IMG/VR virus record: IMGVR_UViG_3300037560_000207
Coordinates: 64,001 to 128,000 of that record
DNA: 64,000 nucleotides
Direction: 5' to 3' (one strand)
Source of the DNA: a virus
Position 1 is the first letter of the stretch, and each line of letters starts with the position of its first letter. The translations under genes and the position numbers were made by a program. Positions 37,916 to 47,575 of this stretch are shown piece after piece. The notes beneath the pieces were generated by a model. It made no database searches. It saw only the letters and a list, made by a program, of their open reading frames with translations, and was not told where the DNA came from.

Positions 37916-38137
37916 ATGGCGTGTAATGGTATACAACAATGCGGATTTTGTCATAGGTATATGTGGTGCTCAAACTTAGATTTAATATCAGCTTATAAGG
38001 AATTAGTAACAGCCCTTGAAGGATTATGTGAAGCAAGGCGCAATAAGGGGGATGGTGGTAACCCAGAAGGTAACATACATCCATGGTTGGAATTGGTATC
38101 ATCTACTAAAAGAAAAATAAATGAACTTAAAAGATAG
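37916..38137 (+). CDS. hypothetical protein
   Basis: CGFC...C motif. Confidence 0.4.
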   Translation: MACNGIQQCGFCHRYMWCSNLDLISAYKELVTALEGLCEARRNKGDGGNPEGNIHPWLELVSSTKRKINELKR

Positions 38138-38152
38138 CTATGGAGATATGGA

Positions 38153-38344
38153 ATGGCTAATCTATTAAATAAGTCAGCGACAAAAAAATTCATCTTGGCT
38201 AAGTTCAAAAGCCTCCGTCCCGGTATGCCAATAACAAGAATATCAATAGAGGCACTCGAAAGATTGGAAGCAGATTTACGAGCAAAGATTATCTTTGAAG
38301 TAAGAAGGCACCCATCTATTGGAAAAACTTTTCGCATTGATTAA
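38153..38344 (+). CDS. candidate histone-fold protein (63 aa, short or absent alpha3)
   Basis: alpha1 NKSATKKFILAK; L1 TRIS; long alpha2 IEALERLEADLRAKIIFEVRRH; L2 GKTF. Confidence 0.5.
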   Translation: MANLLNKSATKKFILAKFKSLRPGMPITRISIEALERLEADLRAKIIFEVRRHPSIGKTFRID

Positions 38345-38960
38345 TTTAACAAATAAAATATTTGGAAGATTAAGAATAATTTGCCGTACATCAAATAATA
38401 AATGGGGCTCACCAAGATGGTTATGTAAATGTAGTTGTGGTAATGAAACAATTACTGAGGGTTCTAGTTTAAAAAACGGAAGCACTAAAAGTTGTGGATG
38501 TTTGAAAAAAGAAGGCAATAATTATAAACATGGCAACAATACAACAAATAAAAGAACACAAATTTATAGAGCTTGGGCTGCCATGTTAAATAGATGTAAC
38601 AACACTAAATATGAAAGATATCATCAATGGGGTAAAAGAGGAATAAAAGTTTGTAATAGGTGGTATAAATTCGAAAATTTTCTAGAAGATATGGGCAATC
38701 CTCCTACAAAATATCATTCTCTTGATAGAATTAATAATGATGGTAATTACTGTAAATCAAACTGTCGTTGGGCGACCCCAAAAGAACAGGGTCGCAATAA
38801 AAGAAACAATAGACTTATATCATTCAACGACAAAACACAATGTCTATCTGCATGGGCAGAAGAATACAAAATAAAATCGAGCATAATAGCGGATAGACTA
38901 AAACATAATTGGCCTATTAAAAAAGCTTTAATAACTCCTCCTAAAAAATGGAAAATTTAA
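38319..38960 (+). CDS. HNH homing endonuclease (copy 3)
   Basis: Same motif set. Confidence 0.85.
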   Translation: MEKLFALINLTNKIFGRLRIICRTSNNKWGSPRWLCKCSCGNETITEGSSLKNGSTKSCGCLKKEGNNYKHGNNTTNKRTQIYRAWAAMLNRCNNTKYERYHQWGKRGIKVCNRWYKFENFLEDMGNPPTKYHSLDRINNDGNYCKSNCRWATPKEQGRNKRNNRLISFNDKTQCLSAWAEEYKIKSSIIADRLKHNWPIKKALITPPKKWKI

Positions 38961-39313
38961 TGACTATTCCAGAAGCATCGATAAAGGCAGCCAAGTATTC
39001 CAATGTCAAACGAGCCAAAGTATCAGCTATTGCATTCTCACATTCAGGAGAAATAATAGCAACAGCACACAATAGGCGTATTCTTGGACAAGTTGGTATA
39101 TTTACACAACACGCTGAAACAAACCTAATACACAAATTAAACAAATTAAAGGCATTCAATCGTTTTAAAGACATTACGATTCTTGTGCTTAGAATCAGTT
39201 CATACGGAATAACAATGGCAAAACCATGCTCCAAGTGTCAAAACCTATTAAGACAATATCCAGTTAATGTATCATATTCTGGGTGGGATGGGCAAATTTA
39301 TTCTGGATTGTAG
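38948..39313 (+). CDS. zinc-dependent deaminase-fold protein
   Basis: AHN; HAE; AKPCSKC. Confidence 0.75.
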   Translation: MENLMTIPEASIKAAKYSNVKRAKVSAIAFSHSGEIIATAHNRRILGQVGIFTQHAETNLIHKLNKLKAFNRFKDITILVLRISSYGITMAKPCSKCQNLLRQYPVNVSYSGWDGQIYSGL

Positions 39314-39330
39314 AACTTTGAACGTTGGCG
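39294..39330 (+). repeat. left copy of a degenerate 37-nt direct repeat
   Basis: AAATTTATTCTGGATTGTAGAACTTTGAACGTTGGCG; 30/37 identical to 39939-39975. Confidence 0.7.
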
Positions 39331-39891
39331 GTAAGCAATAAGAAGAGTAAGAAAGGTAGTCACAGGAAAAAAGTAATGGCAAAAAAGCCCCAGCCGAGAG
39401 ATAAAAAGCCGGCAAAGCGAAGGGCAATAAGAACGGTCTCGGTTGACAAGTTCGGCAAGGATCACTGGGCTCTGCTCGGCTACATTGAGACTTGTTGCGT
39501 AGAACCAAGGGAAAACAAAGTCAATCACGACAATATGAGAACAAACCCGAACCGCAATCTGGAGCTTGGATTCCACAAGAGCCGACTCGGTACCGAAATG
39601 AAATGGAAGGACGAATACAGCACCCGCCTTAGAACTTTCCCTTGGAAGAGTACGAGCAAAACAGAGAAGGCGAAACACCGGGTGGCGGGGCATGACGACT
39701 GGGATTGTCTGAAAGACCTAGAGCGGGCAGGGCTCGCCCGTCTGATCTCCTATGTCAACGGCTTCGTCCAGATAACCGATGCCGGGCTTGCGATAGCTGC
39801 CGAGATGAGGGCTCACAAGGCTAAAGGCGGATATTTCTCGAACTTCACGCCGAAAATGATCCCCAACCCAGCAAACTGCGACGGCGAATGA
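39325..39891 (+). CDS. phage hypothetical protein (FGKDHW...HDDWDC), high GC
   Basis: 188-aa ORF; spot count 36/60 G+C at 39721-39780. Confidence 0.65.
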   Translation: MAVSNKKSKKGSHRKKVMAKKPQPRDKKPAKRRAIRTVSVDKFGKDHWALLGYIETCCVEPRENKVNHDNMRTNPNRNLELGFHKSRLGTEMKWKDEYSTRLRTFPWKSTSKTEKAKHRVAGHDDWDCLKDLERAGLARLISYVNGFVQITDAGLAIAAEMRAHKAKGGYFSNFTPKMIPNPANCDGE

Positions 39892-39938
39892 ATTCTAAAA
39901 CCAACATCAATTTCAAGTACGAAGCCTGCGGAATGGAT

Positions 39939-39975
39939 AAATCCATTCTGGGTTGTAGGACTTGGCGCGTTGGCG
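39939..39975 (+). repeat. right copy of a degenerate 37-nt direct repeat
   Basis: AAATCCATTCTGGGTTGTAGGACTTGGCGCGTTGGCG. Confidence 0.7.
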
Positions 39976-40801
39976 AGTTAAACAAAAATTAACCGCTAAT
40001 TTACTGTGTGTGTATTTTGAACGGAGTTATGTAGTGGAGGAAAAATTAACAAATAAAAAATGGATTCATAAAATTGTCGTAAATGGATTACGTGAAACCA
40101 TACGTATTCATGGCCCAATAGGTAAAAAACTTATTGGTAGTGCCGCAAAAAGAATTATCGGTATGTTATCTACCAAGGAGAGAAAAGGATGAAAGTATAC
40201 GTTGTAACACAAAAGAAGATGGTGGATGTAATCGAGTTCGTGGTGTGTTTGCCACTAAAATTAAAGCAGATGAATATGTAGGACCACAAGATACAAGAGA
40301 AACTATCAAATGTGACGGTTGCGGTCAACAAAAATCAAACCCAGCATATGATGAACTTGAAGCCTGGAAACAAGAATTATCTATAAAAGAGTGGTACGTT
40401 CAATAATGAAGAAACTAAAACACACTGTAACTGCTTGTGAACATTGTGGTAAACGAAGACGTAAAAAAGGAGATGATTCGGAATATTGTCCAGCGATGGG
40501 TGGACTAGTTCTTTTAGCCAGGGTGGGAACATATATATCTGGTGGTCATTCATGGATTAGAACAACAAAGAGAATACGATAAAATGAAAAAGCAAAAAAC
40601 AGTTAAAGCTTGGGTTTATCTTGATAAACTAAATCCAATCCGTTGGAAATGGTTTTGTTTTCCGTTTCTTAATGTAAAAATGGAAGGGTCAACAAAAACA
40701 CCTATGGGCGCTAAATATGCGGCAAAAAGAACTATTGAACGAATTAATTGTAAAGCTGAAATTAAAATTTTATGGCCTAAATTCTCTCTGGAGAAATCAC
40801 A

Positions 40802-41365
40802 ATGCAATTAATACACTATCCTAATCCTATTTTACTTCAACCATGTAAAACTATTTATGGATCAACAAGAGATCAAACAGGAGATCAGACCCCAAAAAAT
40901 AGATCACAACTTGCCACCGCTATGTGGAAAATTATGGATGACCATAATGGTATAGGCTTAGCTGCACCACAAGTTGGTTTGAATATCCGTATGTTTGTAT
41001 GGAAGAAAAATGGTTGTAATCTAGCTATTTGGAACCCGGTATTCACATGGCTTAGTGGCGAAGCCAATTCTATAGAAGGATGTCTATCATTGCCTGGAAT
41101 ACAAGTAACAATAAAAAGAGCTACTCAAGCAACCCTAAGTGGAACCGATTATAGAGGATGGTCCACAAAAAATAAACCAATATACGCCCGAGGTATTGGA
41201 GAAGGAATTACAATTGTATCAGATTTAGATTCCCTCGAAGAAACTCGAATCTGGCAACATGAAATTGATCATCTAAATGGTCAATTAATCATAGACAATA
41301 TGAGTCGTGAAGATACAATTACTAACAGAGACGCTTTGAGAACGCTGTTAAAAAATGCTATATAA
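40802..41365 (+). CDS. def: peptide deformylase
   Basis: GIGLAAPQVG; EGCLS; QHEIDHLNG. Confidence 0.95.
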   Translation: MQLIHYPNPILLQPCKTIYGSTRDQTGDQTPKNRSQLATAMWKIMDDHNGIGLAAPQVGLNIRMFVWKKNGCNLAIWNPVFTWLSGEANSIEGCLSLPGIQVTIKRATQATLSGTDYRGWSTKNKPIYARGIGEGITIVSDLDSLEETRIWQHEIDHLNGQLIIDNMSREDTITNRDALRTLLKNAI

Positions 41366-42116
41366 CACAGAAAATATAGAATCTATCCGGGTAGCTAATC
41401 AAGCAGTCAAAGAAGCACTTGATGGCGTTGAAAGTCTCATAGCCCCAGGTATAACAACTATGAGAATCAATGTAACGATCGAAAAAATCCTTCGACGTAT
41501 TGGCGCAGAATTCCTTTTCGTTGGGCAACGTATATTAAATACATTAACACCATTCCCAACCGCCGCTTGTGTCAGTGTTAACGAAGAAGTTGTACATGGC
41601 GTCCCAAATGATTACTCATTAATAGAAGGAGATATCGTTAGTATAGATTGTGGAACAAAGATTGCTGGATGGTGTGGTGACTCCGCAAGAACATGGGCTG
41701 TCGGTCATATTAATAAACCTTCACAAAAATTAATCAAGGCAACACGCAAAGCGCTCGATATCGCTATAGCCAAAATACGTCCAGGCTTACCATGGAATCA
41801 AATAGCGATGTTAATTCAAGCTCAAGCCAAACAATCTGGCTTTGATATTGTGCGAGATTTCTGTGGACACGGTATCGGACGTAAGCTACATGAATTACCA
41901 AGCGTCCCAAACCATACTAATAATTTCATGCTAGACTTTATTTTAGAACCAGGACTTGTAATAGCGATCGAACCAATATTTACCACTGGAACGTACCATG
42001 TCATACAAAAGACACCCGGAGAATGGCCTGTCGTAACGAGGGATGGAAAACGATCAGCCCATTTTGAACACACAATAGCTGTAACAAGCAATGGCGTAGA
42101 TGTGCTTTCTGGTTAG
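41355..42116 (+). CDS. map: methionine aminopeptidase type I
   Basis: CVSVNEEVVHG; SIDCG; GDSART; GHGIG..LHE; AIEP; HFEHT. Confidence 0.95.
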   Translation: MLYNTENIESIRVANQAVKEALDGVESLIAPGITTMRINVTIEKILRRIGAEFLFVGQRILNTLTPFPTAACVSVNEEVVHGVPNDYSLIEGDIVSIDCGTKIAGWCGDSARTWAVGHINKPSQKLIKATRKALDIAIAKIRPGLPWNQIAMLIQAQAKQSGFDIVRDFCGHGIGRKLHELPSVPNHTNNFMLDFILEPGLVIAIEPIFTTGTYHVIQKTPGEWPVVTRDGKRSAHFEHTIAVTSNGVDVLSG

Positions 42117-42481
42117 GTTTCATTATGATGTTCGGAATGGACACGTTTCAAAAATGACACAAAGAAAAAATTACTACATTAAAAAACAAAGATAGAATGT
42201 CAGAAAAAACAAAAAAAAGATTTTTCAAAATTTTCTTGGAGCGCTTTTGACGTTTTTGCACTCTCTATACTAATAGTTTCTGATCTTTTTCAAACCGATA
42301 CATCAACGAGACAGAATACCAAATTAGAGTAATGGTTAAAATGTATTGTAATTATCGATATGTATCACTATCGCAACATCCTATAAATTTCTTTGTCTTG
42401 CTTAGACCAATAGTTTATTCACTATTAGAAGGATGGTAATCAATCCAAAAAACAAAAATCCAATATGCGCGGAGATCAAAA

Positions 42482-42721
42482 ATGGAATGTTTAGTCTGCC
42501 ACCAAAAAATAAAGTCTGGGGAACAAATATTTTTTGGAAGTCAAATGAGATGTTGTGGCTTCGGAGAATACGATTGTAGCTATTCGGGGGCCTTAGACGA
42601 ATTGGTGGGTGCGTTACACCTCTCTTGCCTTAAGAGTCCAATAGCGGTTATTCCTGAGCCTGCTGAGGAATCGGAATTGGTGGTTCAGAGGTCAAATGCA
42701 TTGGGTATGTTTGATTTATAA
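42482..42721 (+). CDS. small Zn-binding protein
   Basis: CLVC...H..C; GGAG RBS. Confidence 0.5.
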   Translation: MECLVCHQKIKSGEQIFFGSQMRCCGFGEYDCSYSGALDELVGALHLSCLKSPIAVIPEPAEESELVVQRSNALGMFDL

Positions 42722-42739
42722 TTTTAAAGCTATACTTGA

Positions 42740-43405
42740 TTGGTAGAATTTATGTCGAAATTTATTGATTTGACGAGACAAAAGTTTGGGAGACTTGAAG
42801 TATTAAAACGGGTTGAAAACAATAAACAGAATAAGCCTCAATGGTTATGTCAATGTAATTGTGGAAATAAATCAATCGTTTCTGGTGGTAATCTTAAAAA
42901 TGGTAGTGTAAGAAGTTGTGGATGTTTACAAAAAGAAAAAGTTATAATCAATAATATTAATAAAACAATACACAGCCATTGTCGAAATAGAAAATCAACT
43001 GGATTTTATAATTCGTGGCATCAAATAATTCAAAGGTGTACTAATCCTAATAACGAAGCTTATCATAATTACGGTGGTCGAGGGATTATTGTTTGTAAAC
43101 GATGGTTAAAATTTGAGAATTTTCTTAAAGATATGATAAAAAGATGGAAACCTGGATTACAAATTGAACGGAGAAATAATAATAAAGGATATTATAAAAA
43201 GAATTGCAAATGGGCTACCAGGAAACAGCAAGCTAGAAATAGACGAGACAATCTTTATGTTTCTTATAATGGAGAAAATAGACTTTTTGTAGAATTATAC
43301 GAAGAACATAACATGCCTCGTAAAATTGTGCATAATAGATTTTATAATTATGGATGGACCATAAGAAGAGCTTTAACAACACCGGTAAAAAAGCGGAGTA
43401 AATAA
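42740..43405 (+). CDS. HNH homing endonuclease (copy 4)
   Basis: Same motif set. Confidence 0.85.
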   Translation: MVEFMSKFIDLTRQKFGRLEVLKRVENNKQNKPQWLCQCNCGNKSIVSGGNLKNGSVRSCGCLQKEKVIINNINKTIHSHCRNRKSTGFYNSWHQIIQRCTNPNNEAYHNYGGRGIIVCKRWLKFENFLKDMIKRWKPGLQIERRNNNKGYYKKNCKWATRKQQARNRRDNLYVSYNGENRLFVELYEEHNMPRKIVHNRFYNYGWTIRRALTTPVKKRSK

Positions 43406-44860
43406 ATGGTTGAAATTGGCATAAAAGACAAGGTCGCAGCCATATTTCATGAGCGAGGAACTATCGTTGATAAGAGTATGTCTAAATGGAATGATCAATG
43501 GAAAAAATTGCCCTCTTTTGTAATCGATTATTTAATCGCAGAAATGGTTAGTCCTACGGACCCAGTTCCTGGACTGGAACGCATCAGTCGGTTGTTGAAC
43601 GACCATTTTATGGAGTCAGATCAAAAGGAATTAATTAAAAGTAAAATTAGGGAACAAGGAAAATACAGTCTTATTGGTCGTATACGCTGTAGATATGATG
43701 AAGGTAAGGACGAGTATTGGGTTGATATATCTTGTTTGGGTAATCAATATATCAGAATTGACCCATATATTATCGCCGAATATGGAGAAATTCTATTGAC
43801 TACAGGTTGCTGGGGAACATTTACTATTATATATGATACATCTTATGTTATGCGCAAGAAATTGTATCCTTTTCTCATTATTGAATTTCGACCGATCCAA
43901 ATTACCGGAATAAATCTCGATACCTGGATTAAACGTCGAGCACAATTCAATGACGACGAATGGCTTAATCTGATGGTAACTAGCATTGGTTTTGATCCAA
44001 ATTGTCTTGCTCAAGAAGAAAAATTGTTATTGATGATTAGGCTTGTGCCATTAATCGAAGCTAATGTTAATTTTATTGAATTAGGCCCCCCGGAAACAGG
44101 CAAGACTTACACCTATCAATCTCTCAGCTCCCATGGATTCGTAATTTCTGGAGGCCAGACTACTGTAGCATCGTTATTCTATGACAAATTACGGCGACAA
44201 CTTGGTCTAGTCGGATATAAAGATGTGGTTCTTTTCGATGAATTTGCTGGTGGACGTACTGGTAATAAATGGTCAGGTCAAGGTGCCTTAATAGATACGT
44301 TGAAGGACTTCATGAATTCTGGTCGCTTTGGTCGTGGGACAGCAGAATTCGCTTCAGACTGTTCAATTATGTTTGCGGGTAATATCGACTGTGATAGACA
44401 AAAAAAGACGGTGTCTGCTCGGTATCGCAATTTGTTTGCCCCACTGCCTCAAGTTATTTGTCAAGATAGAGCATTTCTGGATCGTATTCATGGATTTATT
44501 CCAGGATGGAAAATTCCTCAGATACGAGAATCCCAGTTTGCTAAAAGTCACGGATTTATGGCCGATTATTTAAGTGAGATTATGCATCGCATGAGGGATC
44601 GGAATTATGCACCGGTGATTCTAAACAATGTAGATTTTGGGTCAATGGCTCAGCGTAATCAACGATCGCTTGTTCGAATCGGCTCTGGTTTATTGAAATT
44701 GATGTTTCCTCACAAAACATCAGAAACAATTACATTTGAGGAATTGAAAACGGTACTTGATGTTGCGGTTGATTTAAGGGAGAGAGTAATTCAACAATTG
44801 GCGGTAATTCTACCAACAGAATTTAGTGGTGTTAAATTATCTTATAATATAAAGGAATAA
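43406..44860 (+). CDS. brxL: BrxL-like AAA+ protein lacking the C-terminal Lon protease domain
   Basis: LPSFVIDYL; EW..L...SIG; RLVPL.E.N.N..ELGP..TGKT; GG.TT.A.LFY; GLV...D.V.FDE; AF.DR.HG..PGW.IP; G...DY.SE. Confidence 0.82.
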   Translation: MVEIGIKDKVAAIFHERGTIVDKSMSKWNDQWKKLPSFVIDYLIAEMVSPTDPVPGLERISRLLNDHFMESDQKELIKSKIREQGKYSLIGRIRCRYDEGKDEYWVDISCLGNQYIRIDPYIIAEYGEILLTTGCWGTFTIIYDTSYVMRKKLYPFLIIEFRPIQITGINLDTWIKRRAQFNDDEWLNLMVTSIGFDPNCLAQEEKLLLMIRLVPLIEANVNFIELGPPETGKTYTYQSLSSHGFVISGGQTTVASLFYDKLRRQLGLVGYKDVVLFDEFAGGRTGNKWSGQGALIDTLKDFMNSGRFGRGTAEFASDCSIMFAGNIDCDRQKKTVSARYRNLFAPLPQVICQDRAFLDRIHGFIPGWKIPQIRESQFAKSHGFMADYLSEIMHRMRDRNYAPVILNNVDFGSMAQRNQRSLVRIGSGLLKLMFPHKTSETITFEELKTVLDVAVDLRERVIQQLAVILPTEFSGVKLSYNIKE

Positions 44861-44866
44861 ATGTAA

Positions 44867-45121
44867 ATGGGAAATAAATATCCAGAATGTGAAAAAATGG
44901 CAGCAATCGCAGATAAGTCACAAATTATTAATGACTTCATAGAATGGTTTATGAATAAAAAAGATATTTTTGTTTGCAAATTCGACGAAGGAAGTAATGG
45001 ATATTATGTATGGGGTTATAGTATGGAAAAAATATTAGCAGAGTTTTTTGATATAGACTTATATAAAATTGAAAAGGAAAGGCGTCAGATGCTTGATGAA
45101 ATAAGGGGGAAAAATGAGTAG
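44867..45121 (+). CDS. phage hypothetical protein
   Basis: YPECEKM...IE.ERRQML. Confidence 0.55.
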   Translation: MGNKYPECEKMAAIADKSQIINDFIEWFMNKKDIFVCKFDEGSNGYYVWGYSMEKILAEFFDIDLYKIEKERRQMLDEIRGKNE

Positions 45122-45431
45122 TAAAGATACATTTATAAATAATGTAGCTCAAACAATTGAATTTAGGAAACAAATTCCTGCATCAATATTGAAGGGATCA
45201 ATTTTTAGGCATTATGGTGAATCTCCTGATCCAGCAGGATTATGTGATGGTGGCGATTATATACAAGAAATACAAATACGAGTTGAGAATAAAAATGGAG
45301 ATATCTTTTTGTCCATCAGTCCAATGGAGGGAGGCGAATGGTGGTCAGGTACAATTAGTTGGGGAGAATTTTTCAATCTTTTGATGGAAATGATAAAGAG
45401 TAGTGATAAATTCAAGTATTATAAACGGTAA
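45114..45431 (+). CDS. hypothetical protein
   Basis: AGGGGG RBS; overlap with the previous gene. Confidence 0.5.
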   Translation: MSSKDTFINNVAQTIEFRKQIPASILKGSIFRHYGESPDPAGLCDGGDYIQEIQIRVENKNGDIFLSISPMEGGEWWSGTISWGEFFNLLMEMIKSSDKFKYYKR

Positions 45432-45450
45432 TTTTATTGGAGAATGAAAA

Positions 45451-45699
45451 ATGGAACGAACGGTTAAATGTCCTATTTGCGGTAAGCCTTATGTGACCTA
45501 TTCACATTATGTAGGAGATCAATCGGCATGTCTAGACTGTAGGCAAGAAGCTGGTTCTGTAGGTAATGGAAAAACCATCAGATGCCCAATTTGTGGAAAA
45601 TCATATGAGTTTTTCTCACATTATGCTAGAGATCAATCAGCTTGCCCAGAATGTCGTGGAAAAGCAAGGGGTAAGTTAAAATGGAAATATATAAGTTAA
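45451..45699 (+). CDS. protein made of two tandem zinc-ribbon repeats
   Basis: CPICGKPY..YSHY.GDQSAC..CR.EA / CPICGKSY..FSHY.RDQSAC..CR.KA. Confidence 0.7.
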   Translation: MERTVKCPICGKPYVTYSHYVGDQSACLDCRQEAGSVGNGKTIRCPICGKSYEFFSHYARDQSACPECRGKARGKLKWKYIS

Positions 45700-45719
45700 T
45701 CAAACAAGAGGGAAATTAA

Positions 45720-46091
45720 ATGAGTCTAGCGTCGTGGAAAAGAGAATTTTATAGAACACCGGCAAATAAAGTATCAAAAAAATATGCACTTCAACATTCA
45801 TTAAAGAAATGGGTTGGACTTTTGCCTAAGAATAGAGTAAAACATAATGTTAAACTTAAAAATGATATTCTATACGATAAAGAAAATAGTGGTTTTGTTT
45901 ATATGTTAAGTATTGATTCATCCTCATGTTCATTGTGTGAATGTCGTGGTGGTTATTGTTATGAATGTCCATTGCGATCATGCCATGCTGCATATTTTTC
46001 AATGTATAGGAGTAATCGAGTAATGCCGATGATAAGTCTTATTAAAAGAGCTATGAAAAGGAATAGAATCATAAACCAAACTAAAGGGTGA
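45720..46091 (+). CDS. Cys-rich hypothetical protein
   Basis: CSLC...CYECPL..C. Confidence 0.55.
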   Translation: MSLASWKREFYRTPANKVSKKYALQHSLKKWVGLLPKNRVKHNVKLKNDILYDKENSGFVYMLSIDSSSCSLCECRGGYCYECPLRSCHAAYFSMYRSNRVMPMISLIKRAMKRNRIINQTKG

Positions 46092-46095
46092 ATAT

Positions 46096-46734
46096 ATGCC
46101 TAGTAAAATAAACTTAATTGGTAAACAATTTGGAAGACTTCTAGTTGTAAAAAAAGCTGGTATTGCTAAAACCAATCAAGTTCTTTGGTTATGTTTGTGT
46201 AATTGCGGGAAAACAACAACCGTTTATGGTGGAAACCTTTCAACCGGCCATACAAAAAGCTGTGGGTGTCTTGATATAGAGAAAAAAATACAAAGAGCAA
46301 CTAAACATGGCTATGAAGGGTCTAGAATTTATATAACATGGAATTCTATGATTCAACGATGCACTAATCCAAAAAGAAAAAATTATCCAAATTATGGTGG
46401 TCGTGGAATTAGAGTCTGTGAAAGATGGTTAAAATTTGAAAATTTTCTTGCAGATATGGGAGAACAACCATTAAATCGTCAGATAGATAGAATAAACAAT
46501 AACGAAGGATACTATCTAGAGAATTGTCGCTGGGCCACAAGAATACAACAAGCTAGGAATAAACAAAATAGTTGTATGGAAACTTATAAGGGAAAAACCC
46601 AATGTATGTCTGCGTGGGCAGAAGAATATAATATTTCATATCATGTTTTACGCGATAGAATAGGTAAATTAGGTTGGTCAATAGGAAAAGCTTTAATCAC
46701 CCCAATAAGAAAACTTAAAAGGAAAAGGAAATGA
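46096..46734 (+). CDS. HNH homing endonuclease (copy 5)
   Basis: Same motif set. Confidence 0.85.
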   Translation: MPSKINLIGKQFGRLLVVKKAGIAKTNQVLWLCLCNCGKTTTVYGGNLSTGHTKSCGCLDIEKKIQRATKHGYEGSRIYITWNSMIQRCTNPKRKNYPNYGGRGIRVCERWLKFENFLADMGEQPLNRQIDRINNNEGYYLENCRWATRIQQARNKQNSCMETYKGKTQCMSAWAEEYNISYHVLRDRIGKLGWSIGKALITPIRKLKRKRK

Positions 46735-47558
46735 GTGGATTTGTAACAGAACCAGAAGTTGTTCTCGTAGGAAAACCAGTAATTGAAATCGATGGAGTCA
46801 TGAAATTTCTCAATGACCATGGATATATCTGGCCGGAATTGACGGATAAGATTGAGTCAATGATTTCACTCGGGGATGATGATAGTGAATGGCTTGTAGA
46901 GATGGCTGGAAGGATGTGCTATCAATCATGGGCAAAACAAGGCGAAGCATCAAAGGGCAGGACTCACGAAGAGCATGTTAAACATCTAATAGAAGTAGGT
47001 CACGGTGCGGCAATAGAACACGCTAACTTTAATTTTATTATCTGGAATGTATCTCGTAGTCTGACCCACGAATTGGTTCGTCATCGGATTGCATCATATT
47101 CTCAGTTAAGCCAACGTTATGTGAATTCGTCTAACGTAGTTTTCGTCGTTCCTCCAGCTATTCAGGAATTAGCAAAAATTGATCCCGAGGCTTATCAGAC
47201 ATGGATGGATCATTGTGAGCAGTCTCTTCAACTTTACGAAGAACTTACCACCAAATTATCGGACCTGTATGAGGATATTGAAAGTAAATTGGAAAGGCGC
47301 AAAAAAGCTCGTCAGGCAGCAAGGTCTATACTTCCAAATGCTACAGAAACTAAAATATTTTTGACTATGAATTCTAGAGCCCTTCGTCATCTTATCGAAC
47401 TTCGAGCAAGTTCAGCCGCAGATGTTGAGATAAGAAAATTAGCTGTTAAGGTGTGTCGTATCTTACAAGATAAAGCTCCACTGTTTGCTCATGGGCTTGG
47501 TATCGTCAAGCTTCCAGATGGAACGGAAAGTGTTGATTCAATTTATCGCCGTGTGTAA
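46731..47558 (+). CDS. thyX: FAD-dependent thymidylate synthase
   Basis: GH...EH; SRSLTHELVRHRIASYSQLSQRY (ThyX signature); ARSILPNATET; N.RAL.H...LR. Confidence 0.95.
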   Translation: MSGFVTEPEVVLVGKPVIEIDGVMKFLNDHGYIWPELTDKIESMISLGDDDSEWLVEMAGRMCYQSWAKQGEASKGRTHEEHVKHLIEVGHGAAIEHANFNFIIWNVSRSLTHELVRHRIASYSQLSQRYVNSSNVVFVVPPAIQELAKIDPEAYQTWMDHCEQSLQLYEELTTKLSDLYEDIESKLERRKKARQAARSILPNATETKIFLTMNSRALRHLIELRASSAADVEIRKLAVKVCRILQDKAPLFAHGLGIVKLPDGTESVDSIYRRV

Positions 47559-47575
47559 AAAAAAGAAAACTTAGG

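Noticed and set aside
43406-44860. A complete BREX defence system
   Set aside because: Only brxL is present; the neighbours are HNH and small hypothetical genes.
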